Source: a candidate division FCPU426 bacterium | Lineage (GTDB): Bacteria > Oederibacteriota > Muellerivitia > Muellerivitales > Muellerivitaceae | Direction of reading: 5' to 3' | NCBI GenBank assembly: GCA_963796105.1 | Contig: CAWCKJ010000004.1 | Span: 160,001 to 224,000 of the forward strand | DNA length: 64,000 nucleotides | Shown: piece by piece, positions 9,922 to 19,916 of the stretch | Position numbering within the stretch: the stretch's first letter is position 1 | Layout: each line of letters begins with the position of its first letter | Notes under the pieces: model-generated | Databases searched by the model: none | Told to the model about the DNA's origin: nothing | What the model saw: only the letters and a program-made list of their open reading frames with translations | Program-made: the position numbers and the translations under genes

Positions 9922-10389
9922 TCACTTATTTCCGGCACAGTTTTCCTCAGACCATTTCAAGGCCTTCTCCAACGCATCCTCAGGCAATCCCCATTCCCGG
10001 TAGCCTTGTTTCACCTGCAGGAGATACCCTAAATTAGGCGACCCGTGATTCTTAGTTTCTTCCGGAAGCCGGTAGCTGACGGCTGATAGTTTTTCCCGGT
10101 CATCCTTCTCCACAATCACATTCACGGGGATGTAGGTTCCCTTCTCCACGCCTTCCGCCTTGTCCAGGAATTGGATTAGGATGTCATCCAGCTCGTATAA
10201 AGCCCCGGGAACGAATGAGGAAGGATCAGGCAAAAAGTTCACGATGGCTCCCTTGCGCTCGGGGGAATTACCCATGAAGGCCAAGCGGAAACCAGGAAGC
10301 GCCGCCCGGGCGAAAGACCGGTTGCCCATCAGGCGCCTTTCCATCTGCGCCCGCATGAGGCTGGTTCCATACGCGAAATAGAAAGGCAT
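9922..10389 (-). CDS. Gamma-glutamylcyclotransferase family protein
   Basis: YFAYGTSL..QM, LPGFRLAF, VPGALYEL, LDKAEG, P..GYL pattern. Confidence 0.85.
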   Translation of the reverse strand: MPFYFAYGTSLMRAQMERRLMGNRSFARAALPGFRLAFMGNSPERKGAIVNFLPDPSSFVPGALYELDDILIQFLDKAEGVEKGTYIPVNVIVEKDDREKLSAVSYRLPEETKNHGSPNLGYLLQVKQGYREWGLPEDALEKALKWSEENCAGNK

Positions 10390-10427
10390 GGTGGATACCG
10401 CCTTTATGGTTTATCCGGGGTAAAAAA

Positions 10428-10622
10428 CTACTTGGAATCGGGCAGGGGGATCACCATCATACCGTCGTCCAGAAAAAATTGGTCCTTCCCCTTTTGGACG
10501 CAATCCTTAGTCTGGCATCGAAAGGCGGCCTTAAATACTTTTCGGGGATTTCTCCCTTTTTCCCTCAGGGCTTTGCGGGAAAACTCCGTCATTTCCCCGC
10601 CGCATTCCAGACAGTTCGGCAT
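10428..10622 (-). CDS. Small protein with two Cys pairs (putative zinc ribbon)
   Basis: CLECGG and CQTKDC; sits co-oriented between two genes with short gaps. Confidence 0.6.
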   Translation of the reverse strand: MPNCLECGGEMTEFSRKALREKGRNPRKVFKAAFRCQTKDCVQKGKDQFFLDDGMMVIPLPDSK

Positions 10623-10631
10623 ATTGGGTCC

Positions 10632-11516
10632 TTATAACAGCGAATAGGCGAAGCCGATTCCCAGTGTTTCCTTGATCTGCCAGCCGTTGTAAACCACGGG
10701 GTCGTACCTGTAGTCATTTTCCACATTCACGCTGATGATCTTGTTCAGGCTAACCGCCAGGAGATTGTCCCATTCCACGACTGTCCGGTCCAGGGCCCTT
10801 CCGTTCCAGAACATGTCCAGTTTGGAGCCGAAATTGGAGTTGGATGAGATTTTATAATTCAGCTCGGAAACGGAGCTGATACCCTCCTCCGTCAATTCCT
10901 TCTGGATAACCCCTGTATCCGGGTTTTTGGTATAGATGTACGCGTACTTGTCCGCGACGGTTTCCTTGACCGCGAAACCCAAGCGGGTAGTGAAAACGGG
11001 GCCAGGGGTGTACTTGAGTCCCCCGCTCTCAGTGAAATACCCGGGGTCCAGGAAGGCGGAGGTCTGGACCGCCGGATTCTTGGAATAGTCATAGCCTGCG
11101 TCGAATTGGCTCTTGGCCGCGAGGGATATAAAAGGACTTACCTGGGGCCATGTTTTCCAGGAGTAAACACTTTCCAGGTCGATGTCATCGGCCGACTTCT
11201 TGGTTCCTTGGCCGTCCACATAGGTCAAACCATATTCCAATTTCAGGGAGTTCGCCCAGTTCACAGCCGTCGTGTCCTGCTCAAGCTTCGCGCTCAGGTC
11301 GCCCTGCCAAGAGATGTAATTGGTTCCACCTTGCTTCCAATCATTGAAGGAAGCCTGGCTCAGGTTCAAGCTGGCGATGACCTGCCTCTTCCATTCGCTC
11401 GTCGGAGTGGGCGCGGGAGTCGCGGTGGATGCCGCCTTGGCGGCGTCATCATCGGCCCAAGTAAAAGAATTCATCCCGATCATTAAACAAAATAACAAGA
11501 AGCTCCTGAAACGCAT
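10632..11516 (-). CDS. DUF3078-like outer-membrane beta-barrel protein
   Basis: Signal peptide; LNLSQASFNDWKQGG, KKSADDIDL, KSQFDAGYDY, SAFLDPGY, QIKETLGIGFAY. RBS AGGAGG. Confidence 0.8.
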   Translation of the reverse strand: MRFRSFLLFCLMIGMNSFTWADDDAAKAASTATPAPTPTSEWKRQVIASLNLSQASFNDWKQGGTNYISWQGDLSAKLEQDTTAVNWANSLKLEYGLTYVDGQGTKKSADDIDLESVYSWKTWPQVSPFISLAAKSQFDAGYDYSKNPAVQTSAFLDPGYFTESGGLKYTPGPVFTTRLGFAVKETVADKYAYIYTKNPDTGVIQKELTEEGISSVSELNYKISSNSNFGSKLDMFWNGRALDRTVVEWDNLLAVSLNKIISVNVENDYRYDPVVYNGWQIKETLGIGFAYSLL

Positions 11517-11681
11517 AAATCCTCCTAAAAAAATATTTCCGAAATTGCCCGGCCATTTTACGACTTGTGGATCAGTCTATTTTCGGCCACATATTACCGC
11601 TAATGGGGCCGTCCGTGTCCCTATTTCCAATAGGCCGCGGCAAAATCAGGGTAAAATAAATCAATAAGAAGTCCAGCCTCG

Positions 11682-12212
11682 TTGATTCAAGAGGATCCCA
11701 AAAAGAAGGCTACGATGCTCCAGCCCGAATCCAAAACCGTCCCCCTCTCGGCGCTATTCACGAAATTGGCAGTTCTTTTATTCATTTTGTTCGCTTCTTG
11801 GGAAGCTTTCCAATTTTTCAACAAAAACAGTTCCTCCCCGAAAGAACCAGGCCAGTGGCTGTCAATCCAAGAGGGGCAAGAGGAGTTTCAAAAAGGCCAA
11901 AAGCCCATTCTTTACGACTTCACGGCTGAGTGGTGCGGCTTTTGCAAGAAAATGAAGGCTGAGGTTTTTAACGACAAGGCCCAGGCTGATTGGATCAGCC
12001 AATCCTTCATCCTGGTGACGGTGATGGACCGGGTCAGGGAAACGAAGAAAAACCCGCCGGAGGTCGCGGAACTCCAAGAGCGGTACAAGGTCCGGGGTTT
12101 TCCCACCCTCGTGGTGCGCTACCCGAACAACGACTTCAAGGTCCACGTGGGCTACACTGGCAAGGAAACCCTGATCCAATTCCTCAAGGACGCCGCAAAC
12201 TCCACCAAATAA
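11682..12212 (+). CDS. Membrane-anchored thioredoxin-family protein (WCGFC)
   Basis: N-terminal TM helix, KPILYDFTAEWCGFC, YKVRGFPTLVV. Confidence 0.85.
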   Translation: MIQEDPKKKATMLQPESKTVPLSALFTKLAVLLFILFASWEAFQFFNKNSSSPKEPGQWLSIQEGQEEFQKGQKPILYDFTAEWCGFCKKMKAEVFNDKAQADWISQSFILVTVMDRVRETKKNPPEVAELQERYKVRGFPTLVVRYPNNDFKVHVGYTGKETLIQFLKDAANSTK

Positions 12213-12224
12213 AAAATTTAGGAC

Positions 12225-12767
12225 TCAGGGTTCCGGATTTTCGGTGGTGGGCATCTTGGGCCCCAGGAGCGCGGACGTGGCTGAAACCCGGCTCTCCAAA
12301 ATGATTCGCAGCGGCGCGCCGCTTTGGTTCATCCTGAGGAGAGCGGTGCGGTCCGATCCGGGGTTCCCCACCCCCAATACCCCCTGGACTCCACCCTGAT
12401 CCAGCTCGAAGGTCTTGTGGAAGCTGGAGTCCGGAAGGGCCGCCCAAGGAGGATCCACGTCCGCGATGGCGGTTTCCAATGAGCCGTGCCGGAGGTCGCT
12501 ATGGTTGTCGACCGTCAGGAACAGCTTCCAATACCAATTGTGGGGCACTTTCATCTGGAAATACCGGCAATCCTCGGCGGACATGACGAAGTTATATTTC
12601 TTGAAGGGGTCCAGGTAAGCGGGGTTGTCCAGGGTCCCAACGGGTCCGGACCGCATCTCAAGGTCCGTCCGGTGCGATAACCCCAATTGCTCGGAAAGCT
12701 CCGCGCAGGAACTTAACGATATCCCCATCACCACGATCAGGCTCAATCTTATCAACATATTGGACAC
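12225..12767 (-). CDS. Hypothetical lipoprotein
   Basis: Lipobox-like ISLSSC after a hydrophobic stretch. Confidence 0.6.
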   Translation of the reverse strand: MSNMLIRLSLIVVMGISLSSCAELSEQLGLSHRTDLEMRSGPVGTLDNPAYLDPFKKYNFVMSAEDCRYFQMKVPHNWYWKLFLTVDNHSDLRHGSLETAIADVDPPWAALPDSSFHKTFELDQGGVQGVLGVGNPGSDRTALLRMNQSGAPLRIILESRVSATSALLGPKMPTTENPEP

Positions 12768-12858
12768 TTTATCCTATTGAAGTCTTAATTCGCAACCCAG
12801 GAAGAAGGAGTGAAGCGGGGATTTTACCATCCTAGACCCGCAACCCATGCTTCTCTTG

Positions 12859-15120
12859 TTAATTTTTCGATAATTTTCTCAGGTCCGCTTTCGGGAAATA
12901 ATGAATCAGGATATCCGAGCAGTTTTTCCCCTCTTTCGCCAATGCGTAACATCCCACCTGGCACATCCCCACCCCGTGCCCCCAGCCCCCCCCGTAAATA
13001 ATGAATTCTTCCGGCCATCCCTTGAGGTTGTACTGGGGCTCGATCCAGATGAGGTTGCTTCGGATCCCCCCCAGGAAACTCCGGATGGAATCCCCCTTGA
13101 ACTCCCTCTCCCCCGACTCGCCCTCCACCCTGAGGCTGTCGGCCCAGCCCGCCGTGGAGCGGTGGGTTACCACCATCCTGCGGATCCGGCCGATGGTCCC
13201 GATTTTCTTCCGGATATCCATTTCCGGCAGGATCCAAGCCCAGCGGTAATTCTGGTAGCCCCTCAATCCCTCGACCCGGCAGTAGGCGGGGCGGTCCTGG
13301 CGGATCCACTGCTCCATCCGCCTTGGGGATAGCGGGAATTCCAGGTCCCTGTTTTTGCCAGGGTCAAAATCCTCGACCCCGACCACCGGCAGTTTACTCC
13401 CCCAAGCCTCCTCGTAATCCTGGGTATGGCCCCCGCATTGGGCGGAATAAAAAACCGGCATCATCCTGGGGCCGTACTTTAGGACCATTCCCGCGGTCTC
13501 ATTCACGGCCTGGTTGGTCCTCGCCGTCTCGGCCCTCAATCCCCGGTAAACCTGGCAATGCACGTCCCCGCAGACGTCAAATCCGTCGGCCTCATGCCGG
13601 CCCATCTTGGAAAGGACGTAGGTTCTCGCCACGATGGCCTGGGCCTTCAGGGCCTCCATCGGCCAGGAGGACGGCATCTCCGAGGGAAGCACGCCCGCGG
13701 TATAGGCCTCCAGGGTGACCCGGTTGACGACATTGAAACCCTCCCCGGGCCGCGGATCCAGCTCCAAGATCCCGCGGAATGCCCGGTCCTCCTCCTTCGC
13801 GAAAAAATATCCCATGTTGGAGGGAACCGCGTGGGCCGCCAGGGCCTTGGAAGGGTCCCGCGAGACAATCCAAATGGGCGCGTCGAACTTGACAACTACC
13901 TTCCCTTTCGGGTTTTTAACGACCCAGAATTCCTTATGGGTCGGGGATTTCTTCGCGGGGACATAATCCACCTCGTAGTTCTTTTTGGCCGTAAGGACCG
14001 TGATAGGCTCCTGCCCGGAAATGACCCCGGGAAGCCCCGAGAGGGCCAGGGGCTCCAGCCGGGGATAGGGTTCCGGGGTCGGGGTACCAGTTACAGCGAG
14101 GGGTTTTACCAGGCCTAACCCCGGCGCCGGCGGGGATTTTTCCGGCCTTGAGGGGGTCGCGCCCGGATATCCCGGCGTATTCGCCACTTCCAATTCGGAT
14201 TCCCCCCGGAAAAGGAATTGGCTCAGCCCCGTGAATAATCCGACCCGGATGGTCACGGAAGAAGGGGCCACGGCCGTTTCGGGAGGAGGCACCCATTTTT
14301 CCCATAGACGAACCTTGTCCGCCTTGAGTTTTTCCTCCTCCTTCGGGGCTTTTTTCCCGATCCTCGCGACTTCCCTTTTCAACTCGGTGTTTTGCGGATC
14401 AATGTCCATGGCCTTCTCGTACTCGGCCAGGGATTTCTGGAACTCCCGTCTTTGGCCTAGAAGCATGGCGATATAGCGGTAGGCCTTCTTGAAACTCGGG
14501 TCGATTTTGACGGCCTTCTCATAGGCCTCCAAGGCCTGTTTAGTGTCGCCCAACTTCCTGGAAACCTCGGCCAGCTGCCAGAAACCCAGCGCGTATTCCG
14601 GCTTCAATGCCGTCAAGGCCGCCAGGTACTTTTGGGCCTCCCGAAGGGCTTGATCGGCGGTCTTATGGGTTTGGAGTTCCTTCCACTTGGATTGGTATAG
14701 GCAAAGCCGGGCTAGGCCCCAAAGAATATCAGGCTCCCTTGGATGCTTTTGGAACAGGTCTTTCAAGTATCCCTCAGCGTCGGTAAACTGCCCCATTTGC
14801 TCCACGGCCAGGGCCAAGGACACTTTTACTTTCCAATCCTCTTTGGCGGAAAGATATTCCTGGTAAGCCGCCACGGTTCCAGGATAGTCCCCCTGGCTTT
14901 TCCGGAATTCCGCCAGCTCCAGCCACAAGTCATGATTCGCCGGCTCCTCCGTAATCCTTTCGGCCAGGGCTTCCTCGATTTCGGAGGTTTTGCCCTGGGC
15001 AAACCACTTCCCGATTTTAACCTCGAAGACGCCCGCGGAAAGGTGGGACGCAGCGGCAAGGGCGGATAAAACAAGGGACATGATCAAAGGCGACTTTTTC
15101 AAAACGGTCTCGCTTTCCAA
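12859..15120 (-). CDS. SpoIID/LytB-domain protein with N-terminal TPR repeats
   Basis: TPR helices; VNRVTLEAYTAGVLPSEM..WPMEALKAQAIVARTY, DVCGDVHCQVY, GGGWGHGVGMCQVG, ILIHYFP. Confidence 0.92.
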   Translation of the reverse strand: MESETVLKKSPLIMSLVLSALAAASHLSAGVFEVKIGKWFAQGKTSEIEEALAERITEEPANHDLWLELAEFRKSQGDYPGTVAAYQEYLSAKEDWKVKVSLALAVEQMGQFTDAEGYLKDLFQKHPREPDILWGLARLCLYQSKWKELQTHKTADQALREAQKYLAALTALKPEYALGFWQLAEVSRKLGDTKQALEAYEKAVKIDPSFKKAYRYIAMLLGQRREFQKSLAEYEKAMDIDPQNTELKREVARIGKKAPKEEEKLKADKVRLWEKWVPPPETAVAPSSVTIRVGLFTGLSQFLFRGESELEVANTPGYPGATPSRPEKSPPAPGLGLVKPLAVTGTPTPEPYPRLEPLALSGLPGVISGQEPITVLTAKKNYEVDYVPAKKSPTHKEFWVVKNPKGKVVVKFDAPIWIVSRDPSKALAAHAVPSNMGYFFAKEEDRAFRGILELDPRPGEGFNVVNRVTLEAYTAGVLPSEMPSSWPMEALKAQAIVARTYVLSKMGRHEADGFDVCGDVHCQVYRGLRAETARTNQAVNETAGMVLKYGPRMMPVFYSAQCGGHTQDYEEAWGSKLPVVGVEDFDPGKNRDLEFPLSPRRMEQWIRQDRPAYCRVEGLRGYQNYRWAWILPEMDIRKKIGTIGRIRRMVVTHRSTAGWADSLRVEGESGEREFKGDSIRSFLGGIRSNLIWIEPQYNLKGWPEEFIIYGGGWGHGVGMCQVGCYALAKEGKNCSDILIHYFPKADLRKLSKN

Positions 15121-15200
15121 AAAAACGGAGCATGGGCTGGTGGAGCTTGAAACAAAAAAGCCCTTTTGGACGGGCCAAAAGGGCTGCCGGACTGCCGTCC

Positions 15201-15731
15201 TTACTTTTTCGCCAGTTCCATCCGTTTCGGGGATAACACCGATTCATCCCGGGAATGCCAAAACCCGGTGTTGTCAATGACCTCCAAATTCGGCACATAG
15301 CGTTTTTTGACATAGTCGAGGAGTTTGACGAGGGTGATGTGGGAGGAAGCATCGTTTTGGCGCAGACTGGTGCTGGTATGAACCTGGTGCAGGAACTGCC
15401 GCGCGGCCGCCGGAGCCCCCTGGCGGCGCGTGGATGGCGGGGCTTTCTCGTAATAAATGTGGGAGAGGTATCCATCCTTGTCGAATGTCAACTGCAGGGG
15501 GCTTGTGTTTGGGTTCAAGGTCAACCGGATGCCCCTCAGGGAGAGCCGAATCGGGGTTGTGCCGGTCTCCTGGTCAAAAACATGGTCAACGGTTTCATGG
15601 ACCCAGCCGCTCACCTGGGCAATCTCCCGGAAATCCTCCTGGATTTCCGAGACCGCGTCACGGCTGTTGATCTTTCCAAAATAATGAATCGTCGTTGGCA
15701 CCCCACCCTCCCTCTTAATCCCATCTATCAA
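15201..15731 (-). CDS. Hypothetical protein (start may be the GTG before PTTIHYFG)
   Basis: Co-oriented ORF with normal composition; GGGAGG precedes the internal GTG. Confidence 0.65.
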   Translation of the reverse strand: MIDGIKREGGVPTTIHYFGKINSRDAVSEIQEDFREIAQVSGWVHETVDHVFDQETGTTPIRLSLRGIRLTLNPNTSPLQLTFDKDGYLSHIYYEKAPPSTRRQGAPAAARQFLHQVHTSTSLRQNDASSHITLVKLLDYVKKRYVPNLEVIDNTGFWHSRDESVLSPKRMELAKK

Positions 15732-15848
15732 CCGAGAAGAACTTTAACCCGCTCTCTCAAATCACCGTAAACCGTCTTCTTGAAGCACGCGGGCTTCCAC
15801 CCAAATATAGGCATCGAATGCCGGAATTACAGGGGCTCATTCCCGGGC

Positions 15849-16208
15849 TTAACGGTTTACCACATCCATGAAAATGGGCATTTCCAACTGGCCATTCGCG
15901 GCCACAGCCGGTTCCGGCTCCTCCGGTAATTCCCTGAAAAGATTGCGGATATTTTTCCCAGCCCGAAAGGAAACTTTTCTGTAGGACGGTAGGGCCATGG
16001 AAAGGTTTTTAGCCATATCCCGCCCTTTTTTCCCGGAAACCGTCTTGATTTGAAAAACCCCAAAATCCCTTATTTCGATCCTTTTTCCGCCTATAAGACC
16101 TTCTTCAAATGCAGAAAGAATTTTTTGAGAGACGACTTTCGCGTCAGGAAGGGCAAGATGAGTCGCTTTGGCGACATCTCTCACAACATCTTGTAGGGTA
16201 ATTTTCAT
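15849..16208 (-). CDS. HU/IHF family DNA-binding protein
   Basis: RIEIRDFGVFQIK..GRD..LP.YRKVSFRAGK motif. Confidence 0.88.
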   Translation of the reverse strand: MKITLQDVVRDVAKATHLALPDAKVVSQKILSAFEEGLIGGKRIEIRDFGVFQIKTVSGKKGRDMAKNLSMALPSYRKVSFRAGKNIRNLFRELPEEPEPAVAANGQLEMPIFMDVVNR

Positions 16209-16215
16209 TATGTAG

Positions 16216-16245
16216 ATTATACGGTGTAATTAAAATTCATGTCAA
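16216..16245 (-). promoter_or_regulatory. Consensus sigma70 promoter 7 nt upstream of the HU/IHF start codon
   Basis: Minus strand reads TTGACA-N18-TATAAT-ctacata-ATG. Confidence 0.75.
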
Positions 16246-16354
16246 CGGTCGTTCGTGCGCAGGAAAGATTCCCCATATTATCAAGCCAACGTAAAAACCC
16301 CCTCTAAAACGGCTGGTTACTTTCAACTTCTATTACAAAAAACTCGTGAAGGGA

Positions 16355-16382
16355 CGGCCCTCCGCGCCGCAGCGGAGGGCCG
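16355..16382 (-). terminator. GC-rich hairpin downstream of comEC (possible terminator)
   Basis: Perfect 11-bp stem CGGCCCTCCGC/GCGGAGGGCCG; the U-tract is offset by about 12 nt. Confidence 0.4.
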
Positions 16383-16425
16383 GGCTTTGGGTCGCCCCTG
16401 CCAATCTTGGGGTCATACAGCCTGT

Positions 16426-18839
16426 TCAAAAACTTTTCCACTTTTCACCCCAAAAGGTCCGATACCGGCCCTTTCCGTCCGGCCAAAATTCCGCCTCAAT
16501 GGCTCCCTCCGAGGCAGTGGATAAAACAACCGCGTCCGGCTCCGCCGAGCGGTACAAGGAATGGTCATCCGGGTAATCCCTCCAATCGCTTAAAACCGTG
16601 AAATGGGGTTTCATTCCCGCCGCGCAAAGATCCTGGGCCCCGCTCCAACGCCCATGGTGGGGCGCCAGGAGACAATCCACCTTCGGAAAGGGCCGGTGAG
16701 TCCTCAACAACTCGGTCAATCCTTCCCGTTCCAGGTCCCCGGGAAGGATCAGGACGAAGTTCCCCCCCCGTAGGGGAAGGTAACTTCTGAAACCATGGAG
16801 CGGTTATTATCCCCATGACGATGAGGATGGAAGAAAAGGGAGGGATGAAGCGTCAGCACCCGGGTCTGATCCGATTCAACCTGGATATCGCCCATCTTGA
16901 GTTCCTCGCGGCTTATTCTTTTTTCTTTTATCATCCCCTCAAACCTTGCATAAATGGCCGAGGAGGACCTTGCTCCATTTCCCTCGAAAACCTTTCCGAT
17001 AGGCAAAGCCCCCGCGAGCTGGGACAATCCGCCCACATGATCCTCATCGGGATGGGTGTTGAAAACCGCGTCCACTTTCCTGATGCCCAGGTGGCGGAGA
17101 TAGGCCACCAACGGGTGATACCGGTCGGGGCCGCGGGATTCCCGGCCTCCGTCGAAAACAAGGACTTCCCCATGGGGGGTCCTTAGGACGAAGGCGTTGC
17201 CGTGGCCCACCGAAAGGAAAGTCATGCGCCACGGTTGCGCCTGGAGTCTCGAACCCAGCCACCAAAGTGACGAGCCAACCAGGAAAAGAACACAAACCGC
17301 GCGGACTATGTTTTGGAGCTTTTGGACAAGAACCCGGCTTTTCCGCCAGTCCATGGCTGGGTTTTCAGGTTTGGGCGCCGGCCAATAAACTGCGAAAAAG
17401 GCCAGAAGCAATAAATGGAAGCAAAAAGTCCAGGCTTTGGGCGGGGAGACCACGATGTCATGGGCGCCGGGGAGCTTGGAGATCCCGTCCGCCAGGGAAA
17501 TTAAAAGCCGGAGGGGTATCTCGCAGGCTGACCCGAATATCACCCCCAAGGCGGGATGGATCCACCCTCCCGCGAGCGCGGCCATGCCGCCTGCCACCGA
17601 GAAAAGCGCCAAAGGCACGATGAGAAGGTTGGCCAGCAATGAATAGGGGGAGGATTGGTTGAAGGAGTAGAGGATGAGGCACCAAACGCTCAATTGGGCC
17701 GCCGCGGTCGTTGATAAAAGCAGGGCCGCGGGTTTCCAAAGGAAGGACAGCCGAATCATGAAACGGGAAGCCAGGACCATCAGCCCGGCGGTGGCAAGGA
17801 ATGATATTTGGAACGAAAGGTCCTCCAGCACGAAGGGATTGACCGCCGCGAGCAGGAATAGTGTCGCCAGGAGCAAGGTCCCGCCTCTGATCCTCCGTTC
17901 CAGGATCACCCCCATGAGCGCCAGGGAGGAAAATAGTCCCGCACGGCAGACCGGCGGGTGGGCTCCGGTCATGAAGATGAAAAAGAGAAGGACCGCCAGG
18001 GATAACGCCGCCGACCATTTCCTCCCGAATTGGACCGCCCGGAAAACCAGGAAAAATAGGCCGGCCAGGAACGCTGTGATCATGCCGGAAACGGCCAAAA
18101 TATGAACGGTTCCGGTGACCATGAAGGTCTCGGTCATCTCCGAGGGAAGAGGCCCCCTTTCCCCCAGGAGAATACCCGTTAAGAGCGCGTTCTCGGGAAA
18201 CGGAAGGTAACGGTAGAGGGATTCCTCCGCCCAACGCTTCAACCGGTAAGACGCCGCCAGGAAGGAATTTCCGGTTGGGACGGCGTCCCGATGGAGGCCC
18301 CAGCGCCCAGGCGCCCCGTAGATGACATAAGCCACCCCTTTGGTCCTCAAATAATGGGAATAGTCGAATTGTCCGGGATTCCGGGGCGGGGAGGGATATT
18401 GTATTTTTCCGGTAATTTCAACCAGATCGCCATAGGACAGGACTGGGCGGGATTCGTTGGAGGATAAAAGGAAAGCGCATCTGGCTTTTACGGCAGGGAT
18501 TACGGTTCGATCGCAGGAAAGGACCTCGCAAACTGCCCGGACCTCCCGCGCGAAAGGCTGATAGAACCCCCCCAGCCTGCCCGTGTCATGGCTTCCGGCG
18601 GAGTGGTCGAAAATCACCTCCGGCTCCTCCGCCACCCGGACCAGGAAAACGCCCTTATGGGGTTCCGGGAAAATATCCCTTTGGGACTCAAAAGTGTTTC
18701 GCGCCTGGTCATAACGCGCCGGGATCAAAACCAATCCCAATACAAGGAAAGAGATCCAACGCCTCATAACGGGCTTCCCCCAAAAGATGAGGATTCTTCT
18801 CAAACTTCCGGCTAACCCGGGGAATTCCCCGGGTTCCAT
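16426..18839 (-). CDS. comEC: ComEC/Rec2 DNA-uptake competence protein, frameshifted at a G8 tract (16762-16769); start may be ATG 18767
   Basis: RNPGQFDY, GTVHILAVSG, DLSFQISF, FLSVGHGNA, THPDEDHVGG and NNRSMV; the second frame continues LILPGDLEREG..LLAPHHG. Confidence 0.92.
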
Positions 18840-18855
18840 CCCTAGTTCATCGGAA

Positions 18856-19386
18856 TCAAATCTTCGCCTGGATTTGGCGGTTAAACTCCTCCGATTGTTC
18901 CTTCAGGTACTTTCGGACGGCTTCCATCCCGGTATATCCCACATTGGTCGTGAAACTTCCGTTCGGCAAGCGAACCACCAGCGCGGGAATCCCGCTGATT
19001 TGGTATTTTTGCTGGAGTTCCTGGACCTCCGGCCGGTCTTTCCCATCCTCCCTCGATCGGTTCACCACTTTCACGGGGATAAAATGGCGGTTGATCCAAT
19101 CCGCGGTATCCGGGTCCGCGAAAACCTCCCGTTTCATCGCCTGGCAGTATCCGCACCAGTCGGCTGAAAACTCGTATAAAACCGGCTTCTCTTTTTTCAG
19201 GTATTCCTTTTCGCTTTCGGCGATGGAGATCCATTGGACCTTATCAATGTCATTGGGATATCTCGATTTGATCATGCTTGAAAGAACCCAAGCAGACGAT
19301 AAAACCCCCGCCGCCGAAAGCATCCAAAACCATTTTCTGCCCCTCAAAAAAAACCGTGCTTTGGCCTTTCTCATGTCTCCCCCCAT
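18856..19386 (-). CDS. Membrane-anchored thioredoxin-family protein (WCGYC), paralog of 11682-12212
   Basis: KPVLYEFSADWCGYC, YQISGIPALVV. Confidence 0.85.
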   Translation of the reverse strand: MGGDMRKAKARFFLRGRKWFWMLSAAGVLSSAWVLSSMIKSRYPNDIDKVQWISIAESEKEYLKKEKPVLYEFSADWCGYCQAMKREVFADPDTADWINRHFIPVKVVNRSREDGKDRPEVQELQQKYQISGIPALVVRLPNGSFTTNVGYTGMEAVRKYLKEQSEEFNRQIQAKI

Positions 19387-19413
19387 TTGCCCCGATGCCG
19401 GAGCCTCAACTTC

Positions 19414-19899
19414 TCATTGTAAGAAAGGCGAGTGTTTATTCCGGAGATCAAAAATGCCGAAACCGGTGACGCCCAAGCGGGCCCCGTTGAGGGCCGGGGC
19501 AACCTCCACCTTGAGGTAATAACCCTTTGAAAGCTTGGTGGTTTTAAGCGCGTAAGTGATGGTCTTCTTGGGCCTTTTGCGGGCACCGTCAGTGCGGGCG
19601 CCGTTGGCGTAAACCTTGGGCTCAAAACTCGTCGGCCTTCCGTATTGGGAGTACAATTTTTGCATGGCTTTTTCCAAATCCTTCTCATTGCTCACCACCG
19701 TGTTAAAGCCCTCGTCCAAATGAAGGTAAAGATCCTTGGCGTTATCCGCCACGAGATCAGCCGCCACCGCTCCAGCGACCGATTTAGCCTCCTCGAGATT
19801 GATCGTGCTTCCGTCCACGACCACCGGCTCCTGGGAACATCCTGCGATGGACGAAAATCCGAGAAGGATTATTCCGAGAAGAATAAACCTATATTTCAT
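19414..19899 (-). CDS. Hypothetical lipoprotein
   Basis: ATG 19899 with GGAGGA RBS; MKYRFILLGIILLGFSSIAGC lipobox. Confidence 0.75.
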   Translation of the reverse strand: MKYRFILLGIILLGFSSIAGCSQEPVVVDGSTINLEEAKSVAGAVAADLVADNAKDLYLHLDEGFNTVVSNEKDLEKAMQKLYSQYGRPTSFEPKVYANGARTDGARKRPKKTITYALKTTKLSKGYYLKVEVAPALNGARLGVTGFGIFDLRNKHSPFLQ

Positions 19900-19916
19900 A
19901 AATCCTCCAGACAAAA

